A stretch of 64,000 nucleotides of DNA. It comes from Leucoraja erinacea. Taxonomy: Eukaryota. The translations under genes and the position numbers were made by a program. The DNA lies in assembly GCF_028641065.1 (NCBI RefSeq), contig NW_026575814.1:1-64000 (forward strand), given 5' to 3'. Position 1 is the stretch's first letter, and the number at the start of each line of letters is the position of its first letter. Under the pieces are notes generated by a model. The model was not told the DNA's origin and searched no databases. It was given only the letters and a program-made list of their open reading frames with translations. Below, one piece after another: positions 37,283 to 49,347 of the stretch.

Positions 37283-38052
37283 TTCAGATTCAGATTCAGA
37301 TTCAGATTCAATTTTAATTGTCATTGTCAGTGTACAGTACAGAGACAACGAAATGCATTTAGCATCTCCCTTGAAGAGCGACATAGCAAACGATTTGAAT
37401 AAAAAATAATAAGTGTCCCGGGGGGGGGGTGGTGGTGATTGGCAGCCACCGAGGTACGTTGTTGAGTAGAGTGACAGCCGCCGGAAAGAAGCTGTTCCTC
37501 GACCTGCTGGTTCGGCAACGGAGAGACCTGTAGCACCTCCCGGATGGTAGGAGGGTATACAGTCCATGGTTGGGGTGAGAGCAGTCCTTGGCGATGCTGA
37601 GCGCCCTCCGCAGACAACGCTTGCTTTGGACAGACTCAATGGAGGGGAGTGTGGAACCGGTGATGCGTTGGGCAATTTTCACCACCCTCTGCAATGCCTT
37701 CCGGTCGGAGACAGAGCAGTTGCCATACCATACTGTGATGCAGTTGGTAAGGATGCTCTCGATGGTGCAGCGGTAGAAGTTCACCAGGATCTGAGGAGAC
37801 AGATGGACCTTCTTCAGTCTCCTCAGGAAGAAGAGACGCTGGTGAGCCTTCTTGATCAGAGTAGAGGTATTGTGGGTCCAAGAGAGGTCATCGGAGATGT
37901 TGACTCCCAGGAACCTGAAGCTAGAAACACGTTCCACCTCCGTCCCGTTAATGTGGATGGGGGTGTGCGTGCCGCCTCTGGACTTCCTGAAGTCTACAAT
38001 GAGCTCCTTGGTCTTCTTGGAGTTAAGGGCCAGGTTGTTGTCAGCGCACCAT
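37283..38052 (-). mobile_element. Rex/Babar-type LINE 3' end, (TGAATC)n-tail family
   Basis: WCADNNLALNSKKTKELIVDFR...FLGV...FYRCTIESILTNCITVWYG; a related copy at 49237-50396 is split by a CR1 RT fragment. Confidence 0.82.
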
Positions 38053-38638
38053 GTGCACTGTAAAGTGCACAAATGTCGGCCCATGGTCTATATCCCTGCA
38101 TCACTTGCTTGTTCATGTGACTATGTAAATGCCTCTTAAACGTAGCTATCATATCTGTCTCCATCATCTTCCCATGCAGCGTGTTCCATGACCTCACCAC
38201 CCTCTCTGCAAAAAATAAATATGGCTTGTAAACTCCTTTAAAAATTTCCCTGCTCACCGTAAAGCTGTGGCCTTCAAAATGTGTATGCAGCGCAGCCCAT
38301 CGCACAAACCAACCTCCCTTCCATTGAAGAAGGGTCTCGACCCCAAGCAAGTAAACAAGCAAGCAAATGTATCTATATAGCACATTTAATCAACAAGGCA
38401 ATTCAAAGTGCGTTACACAAAGCATTAAAAGGCAATTAAAAACAGTCACTAAAAAGAATAGAAAATAAAAACATGCTAAAATAGAATAAGACAAGTATAG
38501 ATACAAGAATACATTTTACAGTGCTGTGTTAGAAATGAATAATTATTTAATTTAATTAAAATTAAAAGCAATTAAAATCAGCGTCAACAGAAAAGTCTTC
38601 AGCCCCGATTTGAAAGAACTGAGAGTTAGAAATCTAGA

Positions 38639-39161
38639 GTCTCCAAATCTGAGGAAGGACATTATTGCCATAGAGGGAGTGCAGAGAAGGTTCACCAGAC
38701 TGATTCCTGGGATGTCAGGACTGTCTTATGAAGAAAGACTGGATAGACTTGGTTTATACTCTCTAGAATTTAGGAGGTTGAGAGGGGATCTTATAGAAAC
38801 TTACAAAATTCTTAAGGGGTTGGACAGGCTAGATGCAGGAAGATTGTTCCCGATGTTGGGGAAGTCCAGAACAAGGGGTCACAGCTTAAGGATAAGGGGG
38901 AAATCCTTTAAAACTGAGATGAGTAGAACTTTTTTCACACAGAGAGTGGTGAATCTCTGGAACTCTCTGCCACAGAGGGTAGTTGAGGCCAGTTCATTGG
39001 CTATATTTAAGAGGGAGTTAGATGTGGCCCTTGTGGCCAAGGGGATCAGAGGGTATGGAGAGAAGGCAGGTACGGGATACTGAGTTGGATGATCAGCCAT
39101 GATCATATTGAATGGCGGTGCAGGCTCGAAGGGCCGAATGGCCTACTCCTGCACCTAATTT
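38639..39161 (+). mobile_element. CR1 LINE family A 3' end, tail-to-tail with an older CR1 (39175-40265, -)
   Basis: ORF 38610-39083. Confidence 0.88.
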
Positions 39162-39687
39162 GTGAAATTTTATGAAACATAGAAAATAGATGTAGGAGGA
39201 GGCCATTCGGCCCTTCGAGTCAGCACCGTCGTTCATTGTGATCATGGCTGATCGTCCCCTATCAATAACCCGCGCCTGCCTTCTCCCCATATCCCTTGAC
39301 TCCACTAGCACCTAGAGCTCTATCTAACCCTCTCTTTAATCCATCCAGTGACTTGGCCTCCACTGCCCTCTGTGGCAGGGAATTCCACAAATTCACAACT
39401 CTCTGGGTGAAAAGGTTTTTTCTCACCCCAGTCTTAAATGACCTCCCCGTTATTCTAAGACTGCGTGGCCCCTGGTTCTGGACTCGCCCAACATTGGGAA
39501 CAAGTCTCCTGCATCTAGCTTGTCCAGTCCTTTTATGTTTCTATAAGATCCCCACATCCATTTAAACACCAGTGAATACAAGTCTAGTCTTTTCAATCTT
39601 TTCTGATATGACAGTCCCGCCATCCCAGGGATCAATCTCGTGAACCTACCTCAATCACAAGGATATCCTTCCTCAAATTACGAAACC

Positions 39688-40177
39688 TGCCTTTTACGAA
39701 TCCTAATGTGGATTAGGAATATGATGGACATAGCACGCCTTGAAGAAATGAGACTCCGACTAATAGATAAATATGACCAATTCTTAAGGAGTTGGTCTCC
39801 TTTCATCGACTTTTTGGAATCATGTGATGCAGTGGTACCGTAAGGATTGCAGATTTCAGTTCATGACGCGGATAGATCTACATCTCCGAATACAGATTTG
39901 AAAAATTCTATTTTAAGGGGCCTTCTCTTCTATTTCTACTTTCCACTTTCTCTCTTCCTTTTTTATTTTTTATATACACACTTCACGTTTTTCTACTCTC
40001 TACCGTCTATTTTTCCACTTTTTCCTCTTTCTATTGTTTTCTTTTTCTTGTCCTGCTTACTTCCTTCTCATAACATAAAACTAGAGGTTGTACATAGAAT
40101 GGATTACGGTATTACATAGTTGGCACCTAAAATTAGGTTCCACTGTACTGTTTTGTGCTGTATTAACTTCTAATAAA

Positions 40178-40205
<28 letters not shown>
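39688..40205 (+). mobile_element. L1-clade LINE 3' end with long poly(A) and 13-bp TSD, nested in an older CR1
   Basis: WIRNMMDIARLEEMRLRLIDKYDQFLRSWSPFIDFL; AATAAA followed by an A-run of about 30 nt; TSD AAATTACGAAACC at 39675-39687 and 40206-40218. Confidence 0.82.
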
Positions 40206-40210
<5 letters not shown>

Positions 40211-40820
40211 ACGAAACCAAAACTGTACACAATACTCCAGATGTGGTCTCACCAGAGCCCTATACAAGATACAAGATAGTTTTAATTGTCACGTGTGCCT
40301 AATGGCACAGTGAAATGAATTTCCACACAGCCATACACTAAAAATCAACAGGACACAACACATCACAGAGTCGACACAAAACATCCCCACACAGCAGAAT
40401 CAAAGTTCCCCACTGTGTGGGAAGGCACCAAAGTCAGTCAAAGTACAACTGCAGAAAAAGCAGATCGGGATAAATTGTGACAAGGATCTCTGTATCATTC
40501 TCCAGCGCTTTGTGTATTAACCAGCGTCTCCAGTTCCTTGTTTCTACAAGTTCCCAGGTTTGCCGCGCCTCTCCTTACAGCTAATAACTCTCTCATCCTA
40601 GTGAACTGGAAAGCCTGTGCCCCCTAATGTCCAGCAACGGAAGGAACTGCAGATGCTGTATTGAAACAAAGATAGACACAGAATGCTGGAATAACTCAGC
40701 GGGACAGGCAGCATCTCTGGAGAGAAGGAACGGGTGACGTTTCGGGTCGAGACCCTTCTTGGACTGTCCCGCTGAGTTACTCCAGCATTTTGTGTCGAAC
40801 CTCTAACCCTGTTGTTGAAG

Positions 40821-40924
40821 GTTCGGTTTCTTGTTTTTAAACTGTTTGAGTCTGGGCTGCCCGGTAACTGGTGAGCAGTTACTGTGAAAATCTGTCATTG
40901 GCCGCTTGTATCCGAGTGCCCAAT
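40821..40924 (+). promoter_or_regulatory. MHC-type promoter: ISRE-like site, X1/X2 box, Y box (inverted CCAAT) and CCAAT
   Basis: GTTCGGTTTC (40821-40830, near-match to ISRE); X1-like CCCGGTAACTGGTG (40860-40873) overlapping X2-like TGAGCA; a 20-nt spacer, then Y box GTCATTGG (40894-40901); CCAAT at 40920-40924. Confidence 0.65.
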
Positions 40925-41078
40925 GATTCACTTTCTCTACTTCCGCATTGAGTTGAAATTACATCCCTGAATGTAATCTACGCCATAATGTTAGTGGATA
41001 AACATTTGTTCGTTATTCTTATCTGAACTCTTTGCCCCCTTGCCCCCTTGCCCTGCCCGGGGCATTTGGTTTGGGGGA

Positions 41079-41130
41079 ATGTTGCTGCTACTCGGTGCAG
41101 TGTGTCTATGCCTTCCCTGGGCATGTTCTG
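41079..41130 (+). CDS. MHC class I heavy chain, exon 1 (signal peptide MLLLLGAVCLCLPWACS)
   Basis: ATG, then 17 codons of hydrophobic signal-like peptide ending A-C-S, then G|GTAAGT phase-1 donor. G + AG of the next exon gives E, in frame with THSLQYYYT. Lies about 180 nt downstream of an X-Y promoter module. Absent from the ORF track. Confidence 0.85.
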
Positions 41131-41242
41131 GTAAGTGGAGTTCATTTCCCTAGCCTTCTCAACCCAGCAACCCTGGAGAACAGCAACAGGCCCCATTTCG
41201 GGTCGAGACCCTTGTATGAAAAAGTGGAGAGCCAGGTCAAAG

Positions 41243-41955
41243 GTACACAAAAATGCTGGAGAAACTCAGCGGGTGCAGCAGCATCTATGGAGCGAAGGAA
41301 ATAGGCAACGTTTCGGGCTGAAACCCTTCTTCAGACCAAAGATCTTATAGCTCTGCTGGGGGATGGGGGGTGGGGGGCGGGAAGGAGAATGGAAAAAGGA
41401 GGAGGAGGAGGAGCCCGAGGGCTGAGGGGTGAGAGGGCTGAGGAAGGGGAGGAGACAGCAAGGGCTAACAAAATTGGGAGAATTCAATGTTCATGCCCCC
41501 AGGATGCAGACTCCCCAAGCGGAAGATAAGCGGAAGGTAGTTGAGGCCAGTTCATTGACTATATTTAAGAGGGAGTTAGATGTGGCCCTTGTGGCTAAAG
41601 GGATCAGGGGGTATGTAGAGAAGGCAGGTACAGGATACTGAGTTGGGATCAGGGGGTATGGAGAGAAGGCAGGTACGGGATACTGAGTTGGATGATCAGC
41701 CATGATCACAGTGAATGGCGGTGCAGGCTCGAAGGGCCGAATGGCCTACTCCTGCACCTATTTTCTATGTTTCTAATATGAGGTGCTGTTCCTCCAATTT
41801 CCGGTGTTGCTCGCTGTGGCCATGGAGGGGACCCAGGACAGAGATGTCGGATGCGGAATGGGAGGGGGAGTTGAAGTGCTGAGCCACCGGGAGGTCAGCT
41901 TGGTTATAGCGGCGAAGCGATCGCCCAGCCTCCGCTTGGTCTCACCGATGTAAAT
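41243..41955 (-). mobile_element. Penelope-like element 3' part, split by a CR1 fragment (about 41525-41775), in MHC intron 1
   Basis: High similarity to 23547-24020, including the GIY-YIG C-terminus and hammerhead-like motif (41307-41335). Confidence 0.8.
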
Positions 41956-42052
41956 GCGTGGCAGGTAATAAATAGGTCAACCTGAATTTGGGAAAGATAT
42001 AATCATAGATTTATAGAGTACAAGAGCAGGCCCTATGGCCCACCCTGTCTAT

Positions 42053-42966
42053 AGTGGGGATGCACGTAAGGTCACTGGGTCATAGGGCGTGACGCACGGA
42101 GCCGCTCAATCCATCTGGAGGACATCCGTAACTTCTGGTACATGTTATTAATGCAAGAAACGCAAATTTTCCTACCTGTTAAAAACCGCCTAAATGTTGA
42201 ATTTTTGCGCTGAAAAAAATTGTTCAAGTCGGGGTAAGTGTGAGAGACATGTACCCAACTTTAGAATTCCAAACGTGAAGCGAAATGAAGGTAAAGAGAA
42301 GCGAGAACTGAAGGGACAACAACAGCTAAAGTGCTTGGCGAACATTGGCCGTGCAGATATCAGAATTGAAAATATTGGGAATTATCACGTTTGCTCACTG
42401 CATTTCATCAGCAGTAAGGCATTTTTGGGGTTTTTTCTTGATTCCTTTGGTATCTAAAAAGTCTCAGACTTATCTAAAAGTGATCAATCTGGCTGCAAAT
42501 TTTTCTTCAGATGCGTTTTCATTTTGTAAGTAAAAACCCACTTGAGAACCATGGGCCGATTTAAAAAATTTACAGCAAGATTTATCGCTTCTGAAACTTT
42601 TTAGATGCCAAAGGAATCAAGAAAAAACACAAATAATGGGCCTTAGTTGATGAAATGCAGTGAGCAAACGGTCAATGTTCGCCAAGCACTCTGGCTGTTG
42701 TTATCCCTTCAGCTCTCGCTTCTGTCTACCATCATTTCTCCTCACGTTTGGAATTCTGAAGTAGGCTAAATGTCTCTCACGCTTATCCCGATTTCCATAA
42801 TTATTTACAACCCAAAAAAATGACAATTTCAGCGGCTTTTAACGGGCCCACTACGCAGGAAACAATGGTCAGTGCCTACCTGCAGTTCATCGTGTGTAAT
42901 CCACTTGGCGTAGCCTAGCAACAGTACGGGTCATGGGTCGTGACCCGACTACCGTGAAACCTCCCT
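42053..42966. mobile_element. Non-autonomous DNA transposon (ISL2EU-like) with inverted THAP-like arms
   Basis: AT|AG...CT|AT termini with imperfect TIRs; internal inverted repeat about 42230-42468 vs 42591-42790; the arm encodes FRIPNV...HVCSLHFISS. Confidence 0.6.
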
Positions 42967-43080
42967 ATGCTGTTTATTGTGTTCCCATCTTTACTAGAGT
43001 CATACAGCAAGGAAACGGACCCTTCGGCGTAACTCCTTCATTCCCAGAAGCTGCCCCATCTAAGTTAGTCCCACTTATAA

Positions 43081-43682
43081 TAACCATATAACCATATAAC
43101 AATTACAGCACGGAAACAGGCCATCTCGACCCTTCTAGTCCGTGCCGAACACATAATCTCCCCTAGTCCCATATACCTGCGCTCAGACCATAACCCTCCA
43201 TTCCCTTCCCATCCATATAACTATCCAATTTATTTTTAAATGATAAAAACGAACCTGCCTCCACCACCTTCACTGGAAGCTCATTCCACACAGCTACCAC
43301 TCTCTGAGTAAAGAAGTTCCCCCTCATATTACCTCTAAACTTTAGTCCCTTAATTCTCATGTCATGTCCCCTTGTTTGAATCTTCCCTACTCTCAGTGGG
43401 AAAAGCTTTTCCACGTCAACTCTGTCTATCCCTCTCATCATTTTAAAAACCTCTATCAAGTCCCCCCTTAACCTTCTGCGCTCCAAAGAATAAAGCCCTA
43501 ACTTATTCAACCTATCTCTGTAACTTAGTTGCTGAAACCCAGGCAACATTCTAGTAAATCTCCTCTGTACTCTCTCTATTTTGTTGACATCCTTCCTATA
43601 ATTAGGCGACCAAAATTGTACACCATACTCCAGAATTGGCCTCACCAATGCCTTGTACAATTTTAACATCACATCCCAACTT
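43081..43682 (-). mobile_element. CR1 family B 3' end
   Basis: ORF 43163-43759. Confidence 0.9.
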
Positions 43683-45309
43683 GCCATGTTTGTCCCACAT
43701 CCCTTTAAAATGTTCCTCCCCAAGTACCTGACCAAGTATCTTTTAAATGCAGTTACCATGCCTGCCTCGATTACCTCCTCCGGCAGCTGGTTCTATATAC
43801 TACCACCCTCTGAGTGAAAAAGATAGCCCTCAAGTCCGTATTAAAAATACCCCTTCTCACCTTGAACATATATCCTCTTTTTGATTCCCCTACCCTCAGT
43901 AAAAAAACTCTACGTGCATTATGTCTATTCCCCTCGTGATTTTATGCACTCCATAAGATCAGCCCTCAGCCTGCAATCTGAACAATAAATTAGAAAATGT
44001 TGCAAGTACCCGGAGTCATACTGCATGGAAACAGGATGTTTGGCCCAACTTGCCCAAGGCGACCAACATGCACCATCTTCACTAGTCCTACCTTCCTGCG
44101 TTTGGCCAATATCCCTCTGAACCTTTCCTATCCGTGTACCTGTCCAAAAGTCTTTTACATGTTGTTATAGTACCTGCCTCAAATACCTCTTTTGGAAGCT
44201 TGTTCCATATAGCCATCACCTTCTGCATGAAAATGTTGCCCCTCAGATTCCTACAAGCACGGTGGCGCAGAGCTGCTGCTTTACAGCACCAGAGACATTG
44301 ATTCAATCCTGACTATGGGTGCTGTCTGTATGCAGTTTGTACATTTTCACCGTGACCGTGTGGGGTTTTTCGGGAGCTCTGGTTTCCTCTCACATCCCAA
44401 AGACATACAGGCTTGTGTGTGTTAATTGGCTTTGGCACCAATTGTAAATTGTCCCTAGTGTGTAGATAGTGCTAGTGTACTCTCTAGAATTTAGGAGATT
44501 GAGAGGGGATCTTATAGAAACTTACAAAATTCTTAAGGGGTTGGACAGGCTAGATGCAGGAAGATTGTTCCCGATGTTAGGGAAGTCCAGGACAAGGGGT
44601 CACAGCTTAAGGATAAGGGGGAAATCCTTTAAAACCGAGATGAGAAGAACTTTTTTTCACACAGAGAGTGGTGAATCTCTGGAACTCTCTGCCACAGAGG
44701 GTAGTTGAGGCCAGTTCATTGGCTATATTTAAGAGGGAGTTGGATGTGGCCCTTGTGGCTAGGGGGATCAGGGGGTATGGAGAGAAGGCAGGTACGGGAT
44801 ACTGAGTTGGATGATCAGCCATGATCATATTGAATGGCGGTGCAGGCTCGAAGGGCCGAATGGCCTACTCCTGCACCTAGTTTCTATGTCTATGTTTCTA
44901 TGTGTATGTTGATCGCTGGTCGGCACGGACTCGATGGGCCGAAGGGTCAGTTCCCACTCTGTATCTCTAACCTAAACTAAATTAATCTAAAAAAATTATT
45001 CCCCCTCTCACCTGACACCTATGAACTCCTGATTTCCTGATTCCTATACTCTGGGTAAAGAATCTGTGCATTCACCCCATCTATTCCCCTCATGATCTAG
45101 TGCCCCTCTTTAAGATCACCCCTCAACCTCCTGTGCTAACCCTAACCCTAACTCTAAAGTCCAACCTCTCCATGTAGCTCAGCCCCTCAAGTCTGAGCAA
45201 CATCCTCGTAAACCTTCTCTGTGGTCTTTAGAACTTAACGACATCCTTCCTATAGCAGGGTGACCAAAAGTGACCAGCCAAACTCCAAATATATCCTCTC
45301 CAACGCCTT

Positions 45310-46087
45310 ATAGAAACATAGAAATTAGGTGCAGGAGTAGGCCATTCGGCCCTTTGAGCCTGCACCGCCATTCAATATGATCATGGCTGATCATCCAACT
45401 CAGTATCCCGTACCTGCCTTCTCTCCATACCCCCTGATCCCCTTAGCCACAAGGGCCACATCTAACTCCCTCTTAAATATAGCCAATGAACTGGCCTCAA
45501 CTACTCTCTGTGGCAGAGAGTTCCAGAGATTCACCACTCTCTCTGTGTGAAAAAAGTTCTTCTCATCTCGGTTTTAAAGGATTTCCCCCTTATCCTTAAG
45601 CTGTGACCCCTTGTCCTGGACTTCCCTAACATCGGGAACAATCTTCCTGCATCTAGCCTGTCCAACCCCTTAAGAATTTTGTAAGTTTCTATAAGATCCC
45701 CTCTCAATCTTCTAAATTCTAGAGAGTATAAACCAAGTCTATCCAGTCTTTCTTCATAAGACAGTCCTGACATCCCAGGAATCAGTCTGGTGAACCATCT
45801 CTGCACTATGGCAATAATGTCCTTCCTCAGATTTGGAGACCAAAACTGTACGCAATACTCCAGGTGTGGTCTCACCAAGACCCTGTACAACTGCAGTAGA
45901 ACCTCTCTGCTCCTATACTCAAATCCTTTTGCAATGAAAGCTAACATACCATTCGCTTTCTTTACTGCCTGCTGCACCTGCATGCCTACCTTCAATGACT
46001 GGTGTACCATGACACCCAGGTCTCGCTGCATCTCCCCCTTTCCCAATCGGCCACCATTTAGATAATAGTCTGCTTTCCCGTTTTTGC
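45310..46087 (-). mobile_element. CR1 LINE family A 3' end
   Basis: ORF 45531-46046 with tail. Confidence 0.9.
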
Positions 46088-46375
46088 ATCCTCGATGAAT
46101 CCTCGATGAAGTACTTGCTCCTTATTTTAAACCTACGCCTCCTTATTTAGAGTCTTCATTATGGGGAAACGTTTCTTACTCTCAATCCTATCTACGCCTC
46201 TCATAATGTTGTACGCCTCCATTAGGGTTCCCCCTTCACATTCCACTGCTCCAAGGAAAACAAACCCAGCCTCTCTGGACTCTCCTCACAACAGCTTCAT
46301 CCCAGGCAACATCCCGATGAATCTCCTCAGTGCTTTCTCTAATGTAGCCACATATTCCAGTAGTGTGGAGACTAT

Positions 46376-46600
46376 AGTCCCTGTCCCACTTAGGAAACCT
46401 GAATGGAAACCTCTGGAGACTTTGCGCCCCACCCAAGGTTTCCGAGCGGTTCCCAGAGGTTTTTGTCAGTCTCCCTACCTGCTTCCACTACCTGCAACCT
46501 CCGGCAACCACCTGCAACCTCCGGGACCGCACGGAAACCTTGGGTGGGGCGCAAAATCTCCAGAGGTTTCTGTTCAGGTTTCCTAAGTGGGACAGGGGCA
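46376..46600. mobile_element. MITE, same family as 32042-32266
   Basis: Long TIRs with CCCTGTCCCACTTAGG...CCTAAGTGGGACAGGGG ends. Confidence 0.8.
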
Positions 46601-46614
46601 TAAACCTGAACGGA

Positions 46615-47370
46615 AACCATATAACCATATAACAATTACAGCACGGAAACAGGCCATCTCGACCCTTCTAGTCCGTGCCGAACACATAATCTCCCCTAGT
46701 CCCATATACCTGCGCTCAGACCATAACCCTCCATTCCCTTCCCATCCATATAACTATCCAATTTATTTTTAATTGATAAAAACGAACCTGCTTCCACCAC
46801 CTTCACTGGAAGCTCATTCCACACAGCTACCACTCTCTGAGTAAAGAAGTTCCCCCTCATGTTACCCCTAAACTTCAGTCCTTTAATTCTCATGTCATGT
46901 CCCCTTGTTTGAATCTTCCCTACTCTCAGTGGGAAAAGCTTTTCCACGTCAACTCTGTCTATCCCTCTCATAATTTTAAAAACCTCTATCAAGTCCCCCC
47001 TTAACCTTCTGCGCTCCAAAGAATAAAACCCTAACTTGTTCAACCTTTCTCTGTAACTTAGTTGCTGAAACCCAGGCAACATTCTAGTAAATCTCCTCTG
47101 TACTCTCTCTATTTTGTTGACATCCTTCCTATAATTAGGCGACCAACATTGTACACCATACTCCGGAATTGGCCTCACCAATGCCTTGTACAAATTTAAC
47201 ATTACATCCCAACTTCTATACTCAATGCTCTGATTTATAAAGGCCAGCACACCAAAAGCTTTCTTTACCACCCTATCTACATGAGATTCCACTTTCAGGG
47301 AACTGTGCACAGTTATTCCCAGATCCCTCTGTTCACCTACATTCTTCAATTCCCTACCATTTACCATGTA
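46615..47370 (-). mobile_element. CR1 family B 3' end
   Basis: ORF 46696-47493. Confidence 0.9.
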
Positions 47371-48079
47371 AAACCTGTGGAGATTTACATTTTCACCTCT
47401 CTGTTTTAATAATTTTCTTCCAATGGAGATGGAGTCGAAGCAGGGTCCCGACCTGAAACGTCGCCTGCCCCCCACAGATACTGCCTGGCCCACTGAGTTA
47501 CTCCAGCATTTTGTGTTTTGCTCAGGATTCCAGCCTCTGCAGTTCCTTGTGTCTCCATTGAGATGAAGGCGTTCATTTCTTGAACTTTCTCTGCCCGTTC
47601 GGTTGGATAAACTTGGATTGTGTTCTCCGAAACATTGGAGGTTGAAGGGAGGTAGATGAAATCATGATCCTTAGACAGGGTAGATAGACACAGAACCTTC
47701 TTCCCAGAGTTAAAATATCCAATATTAGAGGGCATAGCTATAAGGTGAGAGGGGGAAAGATTAATGAAGATAGGCTGGGTAAGATTTTTACACAGAGAGT
47801 GGTAGGTGCCGGGAACGCACTGTTAGTGGTGGTGGTGGAGGCAAATATGATAGTGCCATTTAAGAGGCTTTTAGGTAGGCACTTGTAAGTGAAAATAATA
47901 GAGGGATATGCCCCATGTACAGGTAGATTAGATCAGTTTAACTTGGCATCAGGTTTGGCACAAACATTGTGAGTCCAAGGGCCTGGTCCTGTAATGTACT
48001 ATTCTATGTTCCATGTTTGTTTAGTTGGGGAATGGCGGGCAGGAGATAGAGGAGGGGAGATGTGTGGAAAGAGGGCACC

Positions 48080-48893
48080 ATTTAATGCTGATAAGTGTGA
48101 GGTGCTACATCTTGGCAGGACAAATCAAAATAGGACGTACATGGTAAATGGTAGGGAATTGAAGAATGTAGGTGAACAGAGGGATCTGGGAATAACTGTG
48201 CACAGTTCCCTGAAAGTGGAATCTCATGTAGATAGGGTGGTAAAGAAAGCTTTTGGTGTGCTGGCCTTTATAAATCAGAGCATTGAGTATAGAAGTTGGG
48301 ATGTAATGTTAAAATTGTACAAGGCATTGGTGAGGCCAATTCTGGAGTATGGTGTACAGTTTTGGTCGCCTAATTATAGGAAGGATGTCAACAAAATAGA
48401 GAGAGTACAGAGGAGATTTACTAGAATGTTGCCTGGGTTTCAGCAACTAAGTTACAGAGAAAGGTTGAACAAGTTAGGGCTTTATTCTTTGGAGCGCAGA
48501 AGGTTAAGGGGGGACTTGATAGAGGTTTTTAAAATGATGAGAGGGATAGACAGAGTTGACGTGGAAAAGCTTTTCCCACTGAGAGTAGGGAAGATTCAAA
48601 CAAGGGGACATGACATGAGAATTAAGGGACTGAAGTTTAGGGGTAACATGAGGGGGGAACTTCTTTACTCAGAGAGTGGTAGCTGTGTGGAATGAGCTTC
48701 CAGTGAAGGTGGTGGAGGCAGGTTCGTTTTTATCATTTAAAAATAAATTGGATAGTTATATGGATGGGAAGGGAATGGAGGGTTATGGTCTGAGCGCAGG
48801 TATATGGGACTAGGGGAGATTATGTGTTCGGCACGGACTAGAAGGGTCGAGATGGCCTGTTTCCGTGCTGTAAATGTTATATTATATTATATT
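48080..48893 (+). mobile_element. CR1 family B 3' end, ending about 45 nt upstream of the MHC alpha1 exon
   Basis: ORF 47994-48695 with tail. Confidence 0.9.
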
Positions 48894-48938
48894 ACCATGT
48901 TATCTCATTCTGAGGTTGTGTTGTGTTGTGATTTACAG

Positions 48939-49202
48939 AGACACACTCACTGCAATATTACTACACCTCGATGATCGGGAGTGTGGACCTTCCTGAGTTT
49001 GTGCACATCGGAGTGTTGGATGGCGTTCAGATAACCTACTTTGACAGCAAAACCGAGGAGGACATTGCACGCCAGCCATGGATGGAGAGAGCCCTGGGAA
49101 GTGACTACTGGGACAAGGAGACCCAGAGATTGATCAATCGACACAAGTTGTACATGGCCAATGTCCAGATCGCAATGCAACGATCTAACCGCAGCAAGAT
49201 GG
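48939..49202 (+). CDS. MHC class I heavy chain, exon 2 (alpha1 domain)
   Basis: TTTACAG| acceptor, 264-nt phase1-1 exon, G|GTGCGT donor. Encodes ETHSLQYYYTSMIGSVDLPEFVHIGVLDGVQITYFDSK...PWMERALGSDYWDKETQ...MQRSNRSKM with class I hallmarks H3, Y7, D29, Y59-W60, R84 and the N86 glycosylation sequon (NRS). Confidence 0.95.
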
Positions 49203-49347
49203 GTGCGTGCATTCCCAGTGCTTGATTCACACGGCATTCAGATTCAGATTCAATCTTTATTGTCATTGTGCAGTGTACAGTACAGAGACAACAAAATGCA
49301 GTTAGCATCTCACCCAGAAGAGCGAACATAGAATAATGAGCAATAAG

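Noticed and set aside
45136-45157. CTAACCCTAACCCTAACTCTAA telomere-like repeat
   Set aside because: Only about three units inside a decayed CR1; too short to call an interstitial telomere.
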